A DNA stretch of 64,000 nucleotides from Azolla caroliniana (lineage: Eukaryota; Plantae; Polypodiophyta): the NCBI GenBank assembly GCA_043228905.1, contig JBHGNT010000021.1, positions 7,378,001 through 7,442,000 on the forward strand, read 5' to 3'. Below the pieces are notes generated by a model. That model saw nothing but the letters and a program-made list of their open reading frames with translations, did no database searches and was not told the DNA's origin. Shown here one piece after another: positions 22,245-36,801 of this stretch (position 1 is its first letter; each line of letters starts with the position of its first letter). The translations under genes were made by a program, and so were the position numbers.

Positions 22245-25200
22245 GTGAGTGAGAGAGGGAGAGAGATACTGAGACTGACCAACTATCACAATGGATACCT
22301 TCTCCAGGTGTGCTTTCGTACAACTCTACCTAGGAGACTGGGGCAACAATTAATGTATTAAATATGGCCTAGGGACATTTCGAGTGTGACGTACAATATC
22401 TTTGTGCATTCGAGTGTGACGTAATGAATTTGTTTTTTGTTTTTTGAAACTTATTTACAATTTTTAATGTTTATTTTCTTCTTCGATTTAGTACTAAATT
22501 TTTGGCCAAAAGTTGGTACACCGTAGCATGCTTCGACCCATATATATATAAGAACAAGATACAACTCTGGCCTTGAACCGGACCAAGGTCGGTTAGGTTA
22601 CAACAACAGTCTGCTGCCAAGTCGCCGATCGGGGAACTCTCGGGCTTGTCGCGTCGAGCGGGGTCTTGCACAGGAGACAAAGTAGCAGCGAAAACCCCTT
22701 TGGACATATAAGCTCTTTACCGGACTAAACCCTAAACAAACACGATGAAGAAGACCTCAAAGAAACTCTAAAAGTAAGAAGAAGAAAGCTACCAAACTCT
22801 AGATCTAAGTGGTATACCCTCCTAACTTAAAATGGGCAACCCCTCTACAAGGGACCCTCCCTTCCTTTTATAGCCCAAGGAGGGAGGGACGGTACAATGT
22901 GGGATAAATTCCTTATTACATGGGATTCTTTGTCCCAACTTAACTCCTATTCGGTGCCGTAAAGGCACCCCATTATCTTACATGGATATACAAGGGTGAG
23001 TGCTCACGCCGCACCCTCTCGGTATTCCCAATCGACACGGTTTTCTCACTATGGCCGTGAATCTTCACGACATCCGCCCCCACCAAACCGCACGTCCACT
23101 GGTACATGGCAAATCTAAAGAAGGTGAAAAAGATTATGTGTGGAAGCAATAGAAAACCGAATACAGAAAATACGCAGGTTTAATGGAGAGCTTGAATATA
23201 CACAGTATGCGGGAGAGACAGAGAGAGAGAACACACAGAAACTCAATTCAAAATAATAGTCAATTTGTACATACACCGTGCTCAGTGAACACCTTTTATA
23301 CAAGCCTTGACAATAGGGCGGACACAAGTATTGACAGTACTTGACCACTCATAAATGAGCCTACTACACTAACTCCCAAAATTATTCCTTACGAGGAATA
23401 TCTTCCCAACGGCCTCGTAGTTTACGCATTGATACGGCCATGTTTTGCGTACCGATTTATGCACCCAGTCTACGCATTGGGTTACGCATCGTATTACGCA
23501 CGAATGTTGAACTTGTCTCTCAACACTCCCCCTCAAGCTCAACTTGAGGTTCCGCTTGCTCCGCCGGATCTACGTTCTGGCTTCTCCTGGCTCCACGCCT
23601 CGCTCGCATTCCTCGACCCGTTCGGTTCCACGCACCTCGACCCTTTCGGTCGACTTGTCTGCTCACACGGCCTTTCTCAGCTTCCTTGTTGTTGCAGTGT
23701 TGGCACCTCTTCTGCTGCCTTCTCTTCCGCTTGGCCCTTGGTGGATTCTACGTATCCGAATCAAACATCCGAACCGACTTGGTTTCCTTCAATTGGTTTA
23801 CGCTCTCGTCCGAGTTGGCTGTCTCCAACTCATCTTCGGACTTCTCGCCTTTGATGGCTTCATCTCCCCCATGCTTGGTTGGCTTCGGCTCTTTCTTTCG
23901 ACTACTCCCCTTATGTCCGCTTTCGGACTCTTCCGCGGATCCGCCCTCGGCTTCTTCAACCAATCCAAAATCAAATTCATCATCCGACTCGGCGTCACGG
24001 TCTTTTCCGCTCCTTTCTTGCTCCCTTCCGTGGTCATCATGGACGTCTCTCCCCCTCAAGTTCGGCATGTCGAGGTAACGCAACCCAAGCACACCCGAGA
24101 ATTGCCGCAACTTGTCTAGACCAAGAGGCTTGGTGAAGATGTTGATGTTCTGCTGATCCGTCGGAACATACTGAAGTTCGACTTCAGTGGAGAGGACACA
24201 CTCACGGACAAAATGGTAGTGCACCTCAATGTGCTTAGTCCGGGCATGGAAGACGGGGTTCTTAGCTAGTTGGATGTTGCATAGGTTGTCACAGTAGATT
24301 GTCGTTGGATTGGATACCGCCACCTGCAGATCCTTAAGTAGCCGCTTCAACCATATGGCTTCGCATGTCGTGACAGCCGCTCCTCTATACTCGGCTTTGG
24401 TGCTCGACAACGCAACTGTCGGCTGCTTCTTGCTACTCCACGCGATCGCGGCACTCCCAAGAGAGAACGCAAAACCGGACGTGGATCGGCGATCGCCGGC
24501 GTTTCCGGCCCAATCAACATCGGTGTAACTGACCAACTGCGCGGCAGTATCGGTTCAATATAGTAGCCCCTGGTCCTCAGTGCCACTGATGTACCAGAGT
24601 ACGCGTTGTGCGCACTGAAGGTGCTGCTCAGTCGATCGCGCCATGAACTAACTAATCACCCTGATCGGGTAGCTGAGATTTGGTTGGGTGATGGTCAAGT
24701 ATATAAGTCTTCCGACTATCTGTCAGAACCTCGTCGGGTCGCATACCTTTCCGGAATCAGGGCGAAGCTTGACGGTTCTATCCAGAGGAGTCGAGATGGA
24801 CTTACAGTCGGCCATCTCGAATTTGAAGAGCATACTTAGTACGTAATGCCGTTGGCTGATCAATATGCCTTTGGGGGTGCGGATCACTTCGATCCCGAGG
24901 AAGTAATGAAGGTCCCCCAGATCCTTCATGTCGAATGATGCCGCAAGCTGGAGCTTCATGCGGTCAATCTCACCTAGGTCGGCTCCGGTGATGACCAGGT
25001 CATCAATATAAAGTAAGATGCTAACCGGCCCGAGTCGACCTTTCTGGATGAACAGTGAGGAGTCCGATTTTAATGTCGCAAAGCCCAACCGACGCAATCG
25101 TTGCGTGATCTTTGCGTTCCAGGCACGCGGGGCTTGCTTTGGTTTGTAAAGGGACTTCTTCAATCGGCACACCGCCAAAGTGTTCATTCCGGAGTGAAAC

Positions 25201-27111
25201 CCGGGGGGCTGTACCATGTACACCTGTTCCTCAAGCTCACCTTGCAGGAACACATTCTTTAAATCCATCTGATGTAAGTGCCACCCCTTTGCCGCAGCTA
25301 CCGTGAGCAAAACACGGACGATCGTCATCTTCACGACCGGCGCAAACGTCTCATCGTAGTCGATGCCGTGTTTCTGCGCGTAGCCTTTCGCTACTTACCG
25401 GGCCTTGTATCGGTTGACTGAGCCGTTAGTGTTGTACTTGACCTTGTACACCCACCTACATCCGATCGGATTCACACCTTTCAGTGCGTCAACCAGGTCC
25501 TAGGTTTCATTCTCCGCTAATGCGTGCATCTCTTCCTCCATTGTGGCACGCCAATTCGCGTCCTTTGCCGCTTCTGCGTAGCTCTCTGGCTCATGCACTT
25601 CCGCCACACACATTATGTACGCATAGTGATGTGCCATGTACTCGTTGTAACCGAACCGCACAACAGGGTTCTTCTGGCTGGTAGATCGGCGTAATTGCTC
25701 ATTAGGCGATGTTGAGGCTATCTTAGCCGACGAGGACTTCGCTCTTGAAGACCCGTCATCACTTCCCTCGGAGTTGGACTCGCATCGATCCGACTCGTGC
25801 CTATCCGTGCTATAATCCAACACCTTCTTCTTCCCTTTTTCCTTGCGCATAAGCCGTCTCCTCGGCTTCTTGCGCGGGGAATGCACGGCCGAGTCTCCAC
25901 TACTTGCCAGCTCTTCATCGGACTGGTCGAACCAACTCAGTCGTCCATCCGGTCTGCTTAACCGAAACGAAATCGAACTCTCTTCAGGCTCATCCGGAGG
26001 CATCTCGACCTCGCTGACCTCATCATCAGAACTCGGATTAGAGGTGAGGTCCAGAGTCGGAGGCAAGTACCAGGACGCGAACTCGTCAAACACAACGTTG
26101 CGGCTCACGCGCGCTTGTTTGGTGCGAGGGTTATAACACTTATAACCCTTCTGCTTATCCGAATAGCCGACCAAGATACACTTCTCAGCTTTTGCATCCA
26201 ACTTCCTCCGTTTCTCCTTTGGCACATGCACATATGCAATGCTACCAAAAACTCTCAAGTGTCGCAGATTCGGCTTCCTTCCGAAATACAGCTCATGTGC
26301 CGACACTTTTTCTCCGATCCGATTCTGGATGTATACCGCGGTTCGTACCGCCTCGGCCCAATAGAACTTGGGCAAGTTCTTCTCCTCCAGTATTTCCCGT
26401 GCTACTTCTACAATTGACCGGTTCTTCCTCTCGGCCACGCCATTTTGCTCTGGCGTGTATCTACAACTGAATTCGTGCCGAATTCCCATCTGTTGTAGAT
26501 AGTTGTTGAATTGACCGGAAGCACTTGATCCTTCGTCTTGTTTTCCGTTTCCACGAACCCTTTGAGGTCCTGAAAACAGTCGAAGACTGCACTCTTCTTC
26601 TCAATGAGGTAGATCCACGTGTGCCGCGTATAGTCGTCAATGAAGGAGACAAAATATTGACTCCCGCCAAGACTAACGTTCTGTGTCGGCCCCCATACAT
26701 TGAAATGTATCAAGTCGAGCTTGTTCCAGCTCCGGTTATGCTCGTTGGGAAACGGAAGTCGGTGTTTCTTCCCTAGCTGGCAAGCTTCACAAATTTGTGC
26801 CGTCCGGCCACTAAATTTGGGCAATCCGAACACCACCTATTTCAATTGCAGGTCCTGAAGCCGTTGATAGTTGACGTGGCCTATTTGCTTGTGCCATAAG
26901 TCTATATCTGACTTCACTTTTTGTCCTTTCGCGAACATTGCGGTGCCACCGTCACTAGAGTCGAGGATAAACATCCTCCCATCTTTGCGCCCTTGCGCAA
27001 TAACTCGGCCTTCTTCCTCGATGAAGCACCCAAGATGCGTGAACCAGACTTGCATCCCCTGGTTGACGATCTGCCCGACCGACAACAGATTCTTCGTGAT
27101 TGTCGGGACGT

Positions 27112-30100
27112 TGTCGCGTTGTTACGCGCGTGCGTGGAGAATGAGGCAGGACCACGGGGGCCTCAGACCGAGAAATAACCGAATGAGAAGAGGGGAAGGA
27201 GACTACCGATGTACTTCACACGCGCACAGACACACAGATTCACAGGAATTGCAACTAACTCTGAACAATGGAGACAGAACGAATGTATATGTATATATAT
27301 AGATCAAGGAGTTACAACTGGCAAGCTGGCGAGTGATAGGCTCCGATGCCTACACACACATACACACACACACACACACACAAAACGCGAGATGGAGACT
27401 CTGTTGGAAGCACTTGGGCATTCCGCGGAGCAAAGTCAGCCTCCCGAAAACCTGCACAGAACGACTATGGGGACTATAGAGGAGAAGAGCTCGGTTCTAG
27501 TCCGGCAGCACTTCGTCCTCCACAAAACGCGATTTCCCCCCCCCCCCCCCCCCCCTTTTACAATACCTCTCCCACTCTTTTATAGCCCAAGGAGGGAAGC
27601 CGTTATCACCCGTTACATCATATTCATTCCTTGTCCTTTTGGACAGGGATACGCCTCGATTTTCTCCCTAATGAATGCGTGCTACCTAGGATTTCACCTC
27701 AGCCGACTTGTACCTATCTACGTACTATACAACAAAACTTGTGCCCACGTGTAAGGGCCGGTTTACGCACGTTAAACCCGGTTTCCGCCTAGGGACGGTT
27801 TTCTCCACGACATCCGCCCCCACCTAACCGCGCATCCACCGGTATGTACCAAAATTAGACTCTTGCCGGAGAAGACCAGCCCACGCTTATCCTTCGTCTT
27901 CCAGATCGACACCCGTTCCAAGCCGGTCGTTGTCGTCATCCAGGTCGTTCGGGTTCGGTTCAGCCTCGTGCCGCTTTTTGAATGCTTTGATCCTTTTCCT
28001 TGCCACCGGTACCGCCATCCTGCTCTCGTCGGGCTCCGCGAGATGAAAGGTCCAATTGTCGTTTGCGCTTGTCACCACATAAGGCCCGAACCACCTTCTT
28101 GCAAACTTCCGCGTTGCCCTGTGCTGGTTGTCGAGGCTGCTGTCATACACTAGAACCCAGTCACCTTCCTCGATCTTCTTCGGTCTCAGTCGGTGAGTCC
28201 GGTCGAACCGTCCTTTGTTCTTTACCCTCGCCACCCGTAGCTTCTCCGCGGCTCGGTCCACGTCCTCCGGTCTTCGCTCCAGCTACTAAATCCGTGCCGC
28301 TAACAACTCCTCCTGGCTCATCTCGTCTTTCCAGTCCGCCGCGGCCCATGAGGAGATTGCCTGCTCCATTGGCATGATCGGCTTCTGACCGTACATTAGC
28401 TCTGTCGGCATGAACCCGGTTACCGAACTGTGCGTAGTTCGGTCTGCCCACAACGCATAGGGTAAGAGTTGTGGCTAGTTCCCGACTTGGCCTCCACACG
28501 CCTGTACTAACGCTTTGACGATCAGCCCGTGTCCGTGTTCCACCTTCCCGTTAGCCTCCGGATTGTACACTGTGGTGAGCAAGAGTTTAATCCCTAGCCG
28601 GTCAAACAACACTTCCGCCTCTTGCGCGTCCAATTCTCCGCGGTCGGCCACAATCTTACCTACGCAGCCGTACCGGCATACCACTTCTTCGATAAGAAAT
28701 CGGCACACGGCCGCGGTCGTTTTGTTCTGCAACGCTCGGCCTTCCACCTGGTTTGTTAGGTCCTCCTGAGCCAGCACCAGATACCGCATCTGCCCTACCC
28801 CCATCAGCATCGTCACCAGATCCACCATCCGAGGGTAGGTCGGGTGAAGCTCGTCCCGATGTCGGACTATGGAGTGCACTTGATAGCTTTCGCAAGTCGT
28901 CACGAACCGATGCACATCCCGATATAGTCCCGGCCACCGGTACTCCCCCTTTAGCTTCTCGAATGTGGTCCATGTCCTGCGGTGTCCGGCCCAGGGACTC
29001 TCGTGGTATGCCGTCAACAATTCTTCCTGTTCCTCTTTCCTCGCCACCACTCGGAGCGGGATGCCGTTTCTCTTCTTCGGGTGCTGCCATATGCTCCCGT
29101 CCCGAAGGAAGAATCGGTACGCTTTCTTCCGAATCCGGTTGGTCTCTCCCTTCGTCCATGCCGCGTCTGGTGTCATTGTCTTCAGTAACCCGCCGATCTG
29201 GAGCCACTCACCGTCATACTTGCTCTCGTCAAATTCGTTAAGCGCCGGAGTGCTCCCCTTTCTTGTTGTTATGTAAGCCGCCTCGAAGAAGTCCACGCCA
29301 ACTTCCTCGTCCTCCGAAACCATGCCGTCCTTGTCATCGAACCTTGCTCTCGAAAGCAGGTCGGCCATGGCATTGTCTTTTCCGGAAATGTGTCGTATTT
29401 CCGGATTCAGGGACTTGATGTACGCTATCCACCTGAGCATTGCCAGGTTCAGCGTCGCACATTCGGAAACCATGCCAAGAATCGGCAGGCAGTCCTTCTC
29501 GATTATCACCTCTGTCCCGATCAGGTAGTCTTTATCGGCCTTGACCGCCGAAACGATACCCCAGAGTTCGCGTTTAACCTGGGCGTATCCTCGTTGTCCC
29601 TCACTAAGGACTTTCACGCCGAACCAGATGGGGAACCTCGCACCATCGTCATCCTCTTGGTTGATCACCCATCCAATCCCGGTTGGACTCGTGTCCACGG
29701 TCACGTCAATCGGAGTGTCTTTGCCATAGACAACCTTTCGGAGCGTCGATGCCGCAGCAAGTGCTTCTTTCATCTTCCAGACCGACTCCGTATGCTCGTC
29801 TCTCCACTTGAATTTACGCCCTTTTTTCAGCAACCCATAGAGTGGCTCCGCGACGTGGGCGTAATGCGAGATCCAGATATGGTAGAACGCACATGCCCCC
29901 AGGATCCTTCGGACCTCCGTAACTGACCCGCAATCATCCTTCATCGCGGAGATGGCTTCTACCTTCGCCGGGGACGGCTTCTGGCCGTAAGGCCCGCATA
30001 GGATCTCCGGCTGTCTGAAGGCTGATTTTTCTCCGGAGAAGGTGAGCCCCTCGCTCTTGAGTCTGTGTACTTGTCCTCCACCGGACATCCTTTGATCGGG

Positions 30101-33100
30101 TTGTCGTCCAGAAACGGCATGGTGATGTCCGAGATACAATCCCTCATCACTTTGTTCATTGCGTTCACCATGTGGGCTACCGAGTTAGGTACACATCCGC
30201 GCTAGGCCGAGAGGAGTCCGCATCGTTGTAATGTCCCTGCTCTCCACGGCTAGTTGGAACTGATTGTACCCCGAGTATAGATCACCGACTGAGTAAATCG
30301 ACCTTCCGGCGAAGGCCTCCGCGAACTCGTCTATGGTCGGTCTGATTCCTGCGTTCCAAATGGTCACCTTGTTGACCACCTGCAGGTCTTGAATAAAGCG
30401 CAACGTGCTGTTCTTCTTTGGCACGGTAAACCACCGATTCGAGTATGGGGCACTCGACGGTTCGAGGATGCCCATCTCCACCTTCTGTTTCAGCAGCTCC
30501 ATCAGCTTCGGGATGTGAGCTCTGGGTACCAGAATCGGTTTGAGATTTGTAGAAAGTAGCGTGTGGAAGCAGGTATGAAGACGGAAGAGGAGGAAGAAAA
30601 CTCAGGTTTAATGGAGAGCTTGAGCTTACGCAGTATACGCAGTATACGCGGGAGAGATAGAGAGAGTGAGAGAGAACACAGGAACTATATTCAACAACAA
30701 ACAAAATCTCGATTCACTACTCTATACATACGTGTGTTCCATGAACACTTTTATACAAGTCCTCGAAGGACTGACTGAAGTACTGATAGTACTTCAAGGC
30801 TCATTAAGAGCTCCTACAGTAGCTCCCAAATATATTCCTCACGGAATATCTTTCCTAATGGCCTCCCGGTTTACGCACTCGGCCTAACCGATCGGTCCCA
30901 ACCAATCTGGTCCTCGGCTTCTTCGGCCGATCCGGCCGATGTTGAGCTTGTCTCTCAACACTCCCCCTCAAGCTCAACTCGAGGCTCGTCGGGATCCTCG
31001 GGCTCACAGCTCCGGTTCCTCCTAGCTTCACGCCTCGCTCGCGCTCCTAGACCTGTTCGACTCCGCGCGCTTTGACCCTTCCGGTCGGTTTGTCTGCTCA
31101 TGCGGCCCTTATCAGCTCTTCTGTTGTTGCGGTGTTGACACTTCTCCTATTGCCTTTTCTTCCGCTTGGGTCTCGGTTGATTCAACGTATCTGAATCAAA
31201 CATCCGAACCGACTCGACTACCTCCGATCGGTTTTCGCTCCCGTCCGAGTTGGCTGTCTCCAACTCGTCTTCGGTCTTCTCGCCCTTGGTGGCGTCATCT
31301 TCCCCATACGTGGTTGGCTTCGGCTCTCTCCTTCGGCTGCTCCCCTTCTATCTGCTTTCAGACTTTTCCACGGGTCCGCCCTCGGCTTCTTCAGCCGATC
31401 CGAAGTCGAACTCGACAACCGAGTCAACAGCCGAGTCAACCGACTCGGTGTCGCGGCCTCCGCTCCTTTCCTGCTGCTTTGCTTGGTCGTTCGAGACCGT
31501 TCTCCCCCTCAAGTTTGGCACGTCGAGGTGACGCAATCCGAGCGCACCGGAGAATTGCCGCAACTTGTTCAGACCAAGAGGCTTAGTGAAGATGTCGGCA
31601 GTCTGCCGATCCGTCGGCACGTACTGAAGTTCGACTTCTCCGGAAAGGACACGCTCACGGACGAAATGGTAGTGCACCTCAATGTGCTTGGTCCGTGCGT
31701 GGAAAACAGGGTTTTTCGCGAGCTAGATGCTGCTGAGGTTGTCAGAGTAGATCATCGTCGGATCTGACACCTCCTCTTGCAGGTCCTTAAGTAGCCGCTT
31801 CAACCATATGGCTTCGCATGTCACGACAGCCGCTCCTCGGTACTCAGCTTCGGTGCTCGACAGTGCAACTTTCGGCTGCTTCTTACTGCTCCACGCGATC
31901 GCGGCACTCCCGAGGGAGAACGCGTATCCGAATGTGGATCGGCGATCGGTGGCGTTGCCAGCCCAATCAGCATCGGTGTAGCCGACTAACTGCGCGGCTG
32001 CACCGGTCTGATATAGCAGTCCCCGGTCCTTAGTGCCGTTGACATACCGAAGTATGTGTTGCGCACACTAAAGGTGCTCCTCGGTAGGTCGCGCCATGAA
32101 TTGACTGATCACTCCGACCGGATAATTGAGGTCGAGTCGGGTGATGGTCAAGTATATGAGGCTTCCGAAAATTTGTCGGAACCTCGTCAGGTCGCATACC
32201 GTTCCCGTATCGGGACGAAGCTTGACGGTTCTGTCCAGAGGAGTCGAGACGGACTTACAGTCGGCCATCCCGAATTTGAAGAGCATACTCAGCACGTAAT
32301 GACGTTGGCTGATCAATATGCCTTCGGGGGTACGGATCACTTCGATCCCGAGGAAGTAATGAAGGTCCCCCAGATCCTTCATGTTGAACGATGCCGCAAG
32401 CTGGAGCTTCACACGGTCGATTTCACGTAGGTCGGCGCCGGTGATGACCAAGTCATCAACATATAGTAAAATACTAACCGGTCCGAATCGACCTTTCCAG
32501 ATGAATAGGGAAGAGTCTGATTTTGACATGAGGAAGCCCATCTGACGCAGTTGTTGCGTGATCTTCGCGTTCCAGGCACGTGGGGCTTGCTTCAGTCCGT
32601 AAAGGGACTTCTTCAGTCGGCATACTGCCGAGGAGTTTGTTCCAGAATGAAATCCGGGGGGTTGTACCATGTACACCTGTTCCTCAAGGTCACCTTGCAG
32701 GAACGCATTCTTTACATCCATCTGATGTAGGTGCCACCCCTTGGCCGCGGCTACTGCGAGCAAAACACGGACGGTCGTCATTTTCGCGACCGGCGCAAAA
32801 GTCTCATCGTAGTCGATGCCGTGTTTCTACGCGTAGCCCTTTGCCACTAGCCAAGCCTTGTACCGGTTGACCGAGCCATCCGTGTTGTACTTGACCTTGT
32901 ACACCCACCTACACCCGATCGGTTTTACCCCTTTTGGTGTGTCAACCAGGTCCCATGTCTCGTTCTCCGCCAATGCGTGCATCTCTTCCTCCATCGCGGC
33001 ACGCCAATTCGCGTCTTTAGCCGCTTCTACGTAGCTGTCCGGCTCACGCACTTCCGCTACACGGGTCATGTACACATAATGATGCGCCATGTACTCGTTG

Positions 33101-36100
33101 TATCCGAGCCGCAAGACCGGGTTCTTCTGGCGGGTAGATCGGCGTAATCTCACATTAGCCGATGTCGAGGCCTTCTCGGTCGACGCAGACTTCACCTTTA
33201 AAGACCCGTCACCGGTTCCCTCGGAGTTGGACTCGCGTCAGTCTGACTCGTTCCTATCCGTGCCGGAATCCGACACCTTCTTCTTCCCTTTCTCTTTGCG
33301 CGTAAGCCGTCTCCTCGACTTCCTGCGCGGGGAATGCACGGCCGAGTCTCCAGTACTTGCCGGCTCTTCATCGGACTGGTCGTACCGACTCAGTCGTCCA
33401 ATCGGTCTACTTAAACGGAGTGAAATCAGACTCTCTTCGCGGGTCTCGATTTCGGGCTCATCCGGAGGCATCTCGGCCTTGCTGACCTCATCGTCAGAAC
33501 TCGGATTAGAGTCGGGGTTCGGAGTCGGGGGCTAGTACCAGGACGCGGACTCGTCAAACACAACGTCGCGGCTGACACGCGCTTGTTTGGTGCGAGGGTT
33601 ATAGCACTTATAACCCTTCTGCTCGTCTGAGTAACCGACCAAGATGCATTTCTCGGCCTTTGCGTCCAGCTTCCTCCTTTTCTCCTTCGGTACATGCATA
33701 TACGCAATGCTATCGAACACCCTCAAGTGTCGCAAGTTCGGCTTCGTTCCGAAATACAGCTCGTGCGCTGACACTTTGTCTCCGATCCGGTTCTGGATGT
33801 ATACCGCGGTCCTTACCGCCTCGGCCCAGTAGAACTTGGGCAAGCTCTTCTCCTCCAGCATTGCCCGTGCCGCTTCCACAACTAACCGATTCTTCCTCTC
33901 GGCCACGCCGTTCTGCTCCGGCGTGTATCTACAACTGAATTCGCGCCGAATTCCCATTTGTTGTAGATAACCGTTGAATTGACCGGAAAAGTACTCTTTC
34001 ACGCCATCCGACCGCAGGCACTTGATCTTTCATCCCGTTTCCGTTTCCACGAACCCTTTGAGGTCCCGGAAACAGTCAAAGACTTCGCTCTTCCTCTCAA
34101 TGAGGTAGATCCACGTGTGCCGCGTGTGGTCGTCGATGAAGGAGACGAAATATCGGCTCCCGCCAAGACTAACGTTTTGTGCCGGCCCCCACACAGCGGA
34201 GTGTATAAGGTCGAGCTTGTTCCGGCTCCGGTTTCGCTCGTTGGGGAAAGGAAGTCGGTGTTGCTTCCCGAGCTGGCAGGCTTCACAAATTTGTGCCTTT
34301 CGGCCACTAAATTTGGGCAATCCGAACACTACCTGTTTCGATTGAAGATCTTGAAGCCGTTGGTAGTTGACGTGGCCTATCCGCTTGTGCCACAAGTCGA
34401 TGTCTGACTTGGGTTTCCGTCAGTGGAGTCGAGGATGAACATCCTCCCGTCTCTGCGCCCTTGCACAATCACACGGCCTTCTTCCTCAATGAAGCACCCG
34501 AGGTGTGTAAACCGAACCTCCATCCCTTGGTCGACGATCTGTCCGACTGAGACCAAGTTCTTCGTGATTGTTGGAACGTGCAGCACGTTCATAAGTTTCC
34601 CTTTCTGCCCGACATGGCTAAGAGGAACTTCTCCGACATTCGCGATCGGATGCGAAGTGTCGTCTCCAGTTGCGACTACTCCAGGTTGTATCGGTTTTTC
34701 GAGGTACGAGAACCACTCCTTATGGCTCGTCATGTGGTTTGACGCGCCGGAGTCTACGTACCACACCTCGTCCGATCTCGGGGTGGTCTGTTTCATTGAG
34801 TTTGCTTCGTGTCTCGTCACGAAAGCAGACCCTTCTCCGGCTCTCCTAGAGTCTTCAGCGTAGTGTGATCGCTGCCGATTTCCCTTGTCGGTATCTCCGA
34901 ATCGGCGCGCTTCTTCCAGCACTTAGTTTCCCTGTGCCCTTTCTTGCCACAGTACCAGCACTCCGCGATGACCTTCCCTTGCCGGTTCTCATCGCTTCGA
35001 CTCCCCCTGTTTCCGGAGGGTCTGGAGTTGCTGTCAGCATCACTTCGGTGCCTTCTTCCTTGATCTCGTCGGCCGCCTCCATTGCGCGCCGACTCGCCTC
35101 GTCCTCCACGTCCACGGGGCCTATCTCCCTCCGTGTATAGCATTCTACTGTCGGTGTGCGTGCTTGTAGACGCACTCGCGTGGTTCTCCTCCATCATGAG
35201 CATTGACTGTAAGTCGAAAAAGGACGGTGTATTCTCCCGGGTACACACTGCCGTTCGGAACGCTCCGAACTTCGACGCCAAACCTCCGAGACAGATCTGG
35301 ACCATCTCGCTCTCCTCGATGTTCACCTCTATGGAGACGAGGGAGTCGCAAATATCCTTGATCTTCGAGGTATAGTCCACCACCAACAAGTCGCGTTGTC
35401 GTAGGTTGCTCAACTCCTGTCGAAGCTGAAGCTTCCTGGCTGTGGTGCTCGCGGTGAAAATCTTCTTCAGATTTTCCCATGCACCCTTCGGCGTCTTTGC
35501 ATCCCGAACATAGCTCAATAGTTGTTCGCCCACACACGACGCGAAGCAGTACAATACCCTACTCGCCGATTTCTCCCACGACGGGAAGTCTCTGTGTGTC
35601 AATTCGGGTGCCGCGTCATTAGCTCCTTCGACATAACTCCAGTAGCCGTGCCCGAGCAGGTACTGGTGCATCTTATAAGACCAAGACGCGTAGTTGGTTC
35701 TGTCGAGCTTCTCTGTTGGAAGCGAGCTTGCCATGCCTCTATCCATCGTTCTTCTTGTTCTTCTTCGTCAAGTTGTGTCGGCTGCAGAGAGGTTCTCAAC
35801 CCTCGCGCTCTGATACCATGTAGAAAGTAGCGTGCGGAAGCAGGTATGAAGACAGAAGAGAAGGAAGAAAACTCAGGTTTAATGGAGAGCTTGAGCTTAC
35901 GCAGTATACGCAAGAGAGACAGAGAGAGTGAGAGAGAACACAAGAACTATATTCAACAACAAACAAAATCTCGATTCACTACTCTATACATACGTGTGTT
36001 CCATGAACACTTTTATACAAGTCCTCGAAGGACTGACTGAAGTACTGACAGTACTTCAAGGCTCATTAAGAGCTCCTACACTAACTCCCAAATATATTCC

Positions 36101-36801
36101 TCATAGAATATCTTTACGCACTCGGCCTAACCGATCGGTCCCAACCGATCCAGTCCTCGGCTTCTTCAGCCGATCCGGCCGATGTTGAGCTTGTCTCTCA
36201 ACAAGATTCCACGACACATGCGGTACCGTGAAGATCACCATTGGTTCCATAACCGTTGGGTCTACGCACCCGATCTCCTCCGGTGAGAACGCGAAAGCCT
36301 TCCCGTGCCTCCCGAGCATTCTCCGAAACCGGTCCTCTTCCTCCGGCAGTAGAAAACCACCCCCACCGATCTTGAGCTCCCGTAGCGTTATGTCGGTGAA
36401 TGTGTGTCCTATGCTGGCCGGATCTCGTAAACTTAGGTCCGACGCGACCCCCTTTATCCGTGACTCGCTGCCCTCCGGCAAGGGTGCCTCGACTGGCCTC
36501 ACCTTCCGGTCCACAATCTTGTACTTCGTATCCACTCGAGCCGTCCGATCCGACTCGAGTCCATTACCAAAGTCGGCGATGACTTCGTACATCCTTTCCG
36601 AACATACCGGAATCGTCCGGTCCTCATTAAGGCCTTCTCCGAACACCTCCCGTACCTTCCCCAAGGTGTCGTTGAAAGAGACCGCCTCCACGGCTCCGTT
36701 GATTTCCTCTTTAGGGCCGAGGACTCCGCATGCACGAAGTCGCTCCTCCGCCCACTTCTTTTCCCGGCCAACTACGCCTAGGGACGGTTTTCTCCACGAC
36801 A
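27112..36801 (-). mobile_element. Trp-clade gypsy element with gag and most of the 5' LTR deleted
   Basis: 3' LTR 27112-27812; PPT; INT/RH/RT fragments (28475-30139, 30185-30502, 36204-36770); last ~27 bp of LTR at 36775-36801; TSD ACGT/ATGT. Confidence 0.9.
30548..36203 (-). mobile_element. Full-length decayed Ty1/copia element, same family as 23125-38478
   Basis: LTRs 30548-30960 and 35819-36203; iMet PBS; PPT at 30961; perfect TSD AGATT; gag zinc knuckle CWYCGKKGHRETKC, protease WYVDSGAS, RT YVDDL. Confidence 0.95.

Larger units (their letters stand above)
10205..22539 (+). mobile_element. 12,335-bp TIR DNA transposon, Sola2-like, with two convergent genes
   Basis: 26-bp TIRs GGGTCGAAGCA(C/T)GCTACGGTGTACCA at 10205-10230 and 22514-22539 (1 mismatch); ATAT on both flanks within a (TA)n run; the interrupted LTR resumes on each side; DDD transposase inside. 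Confidence 0.92.
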
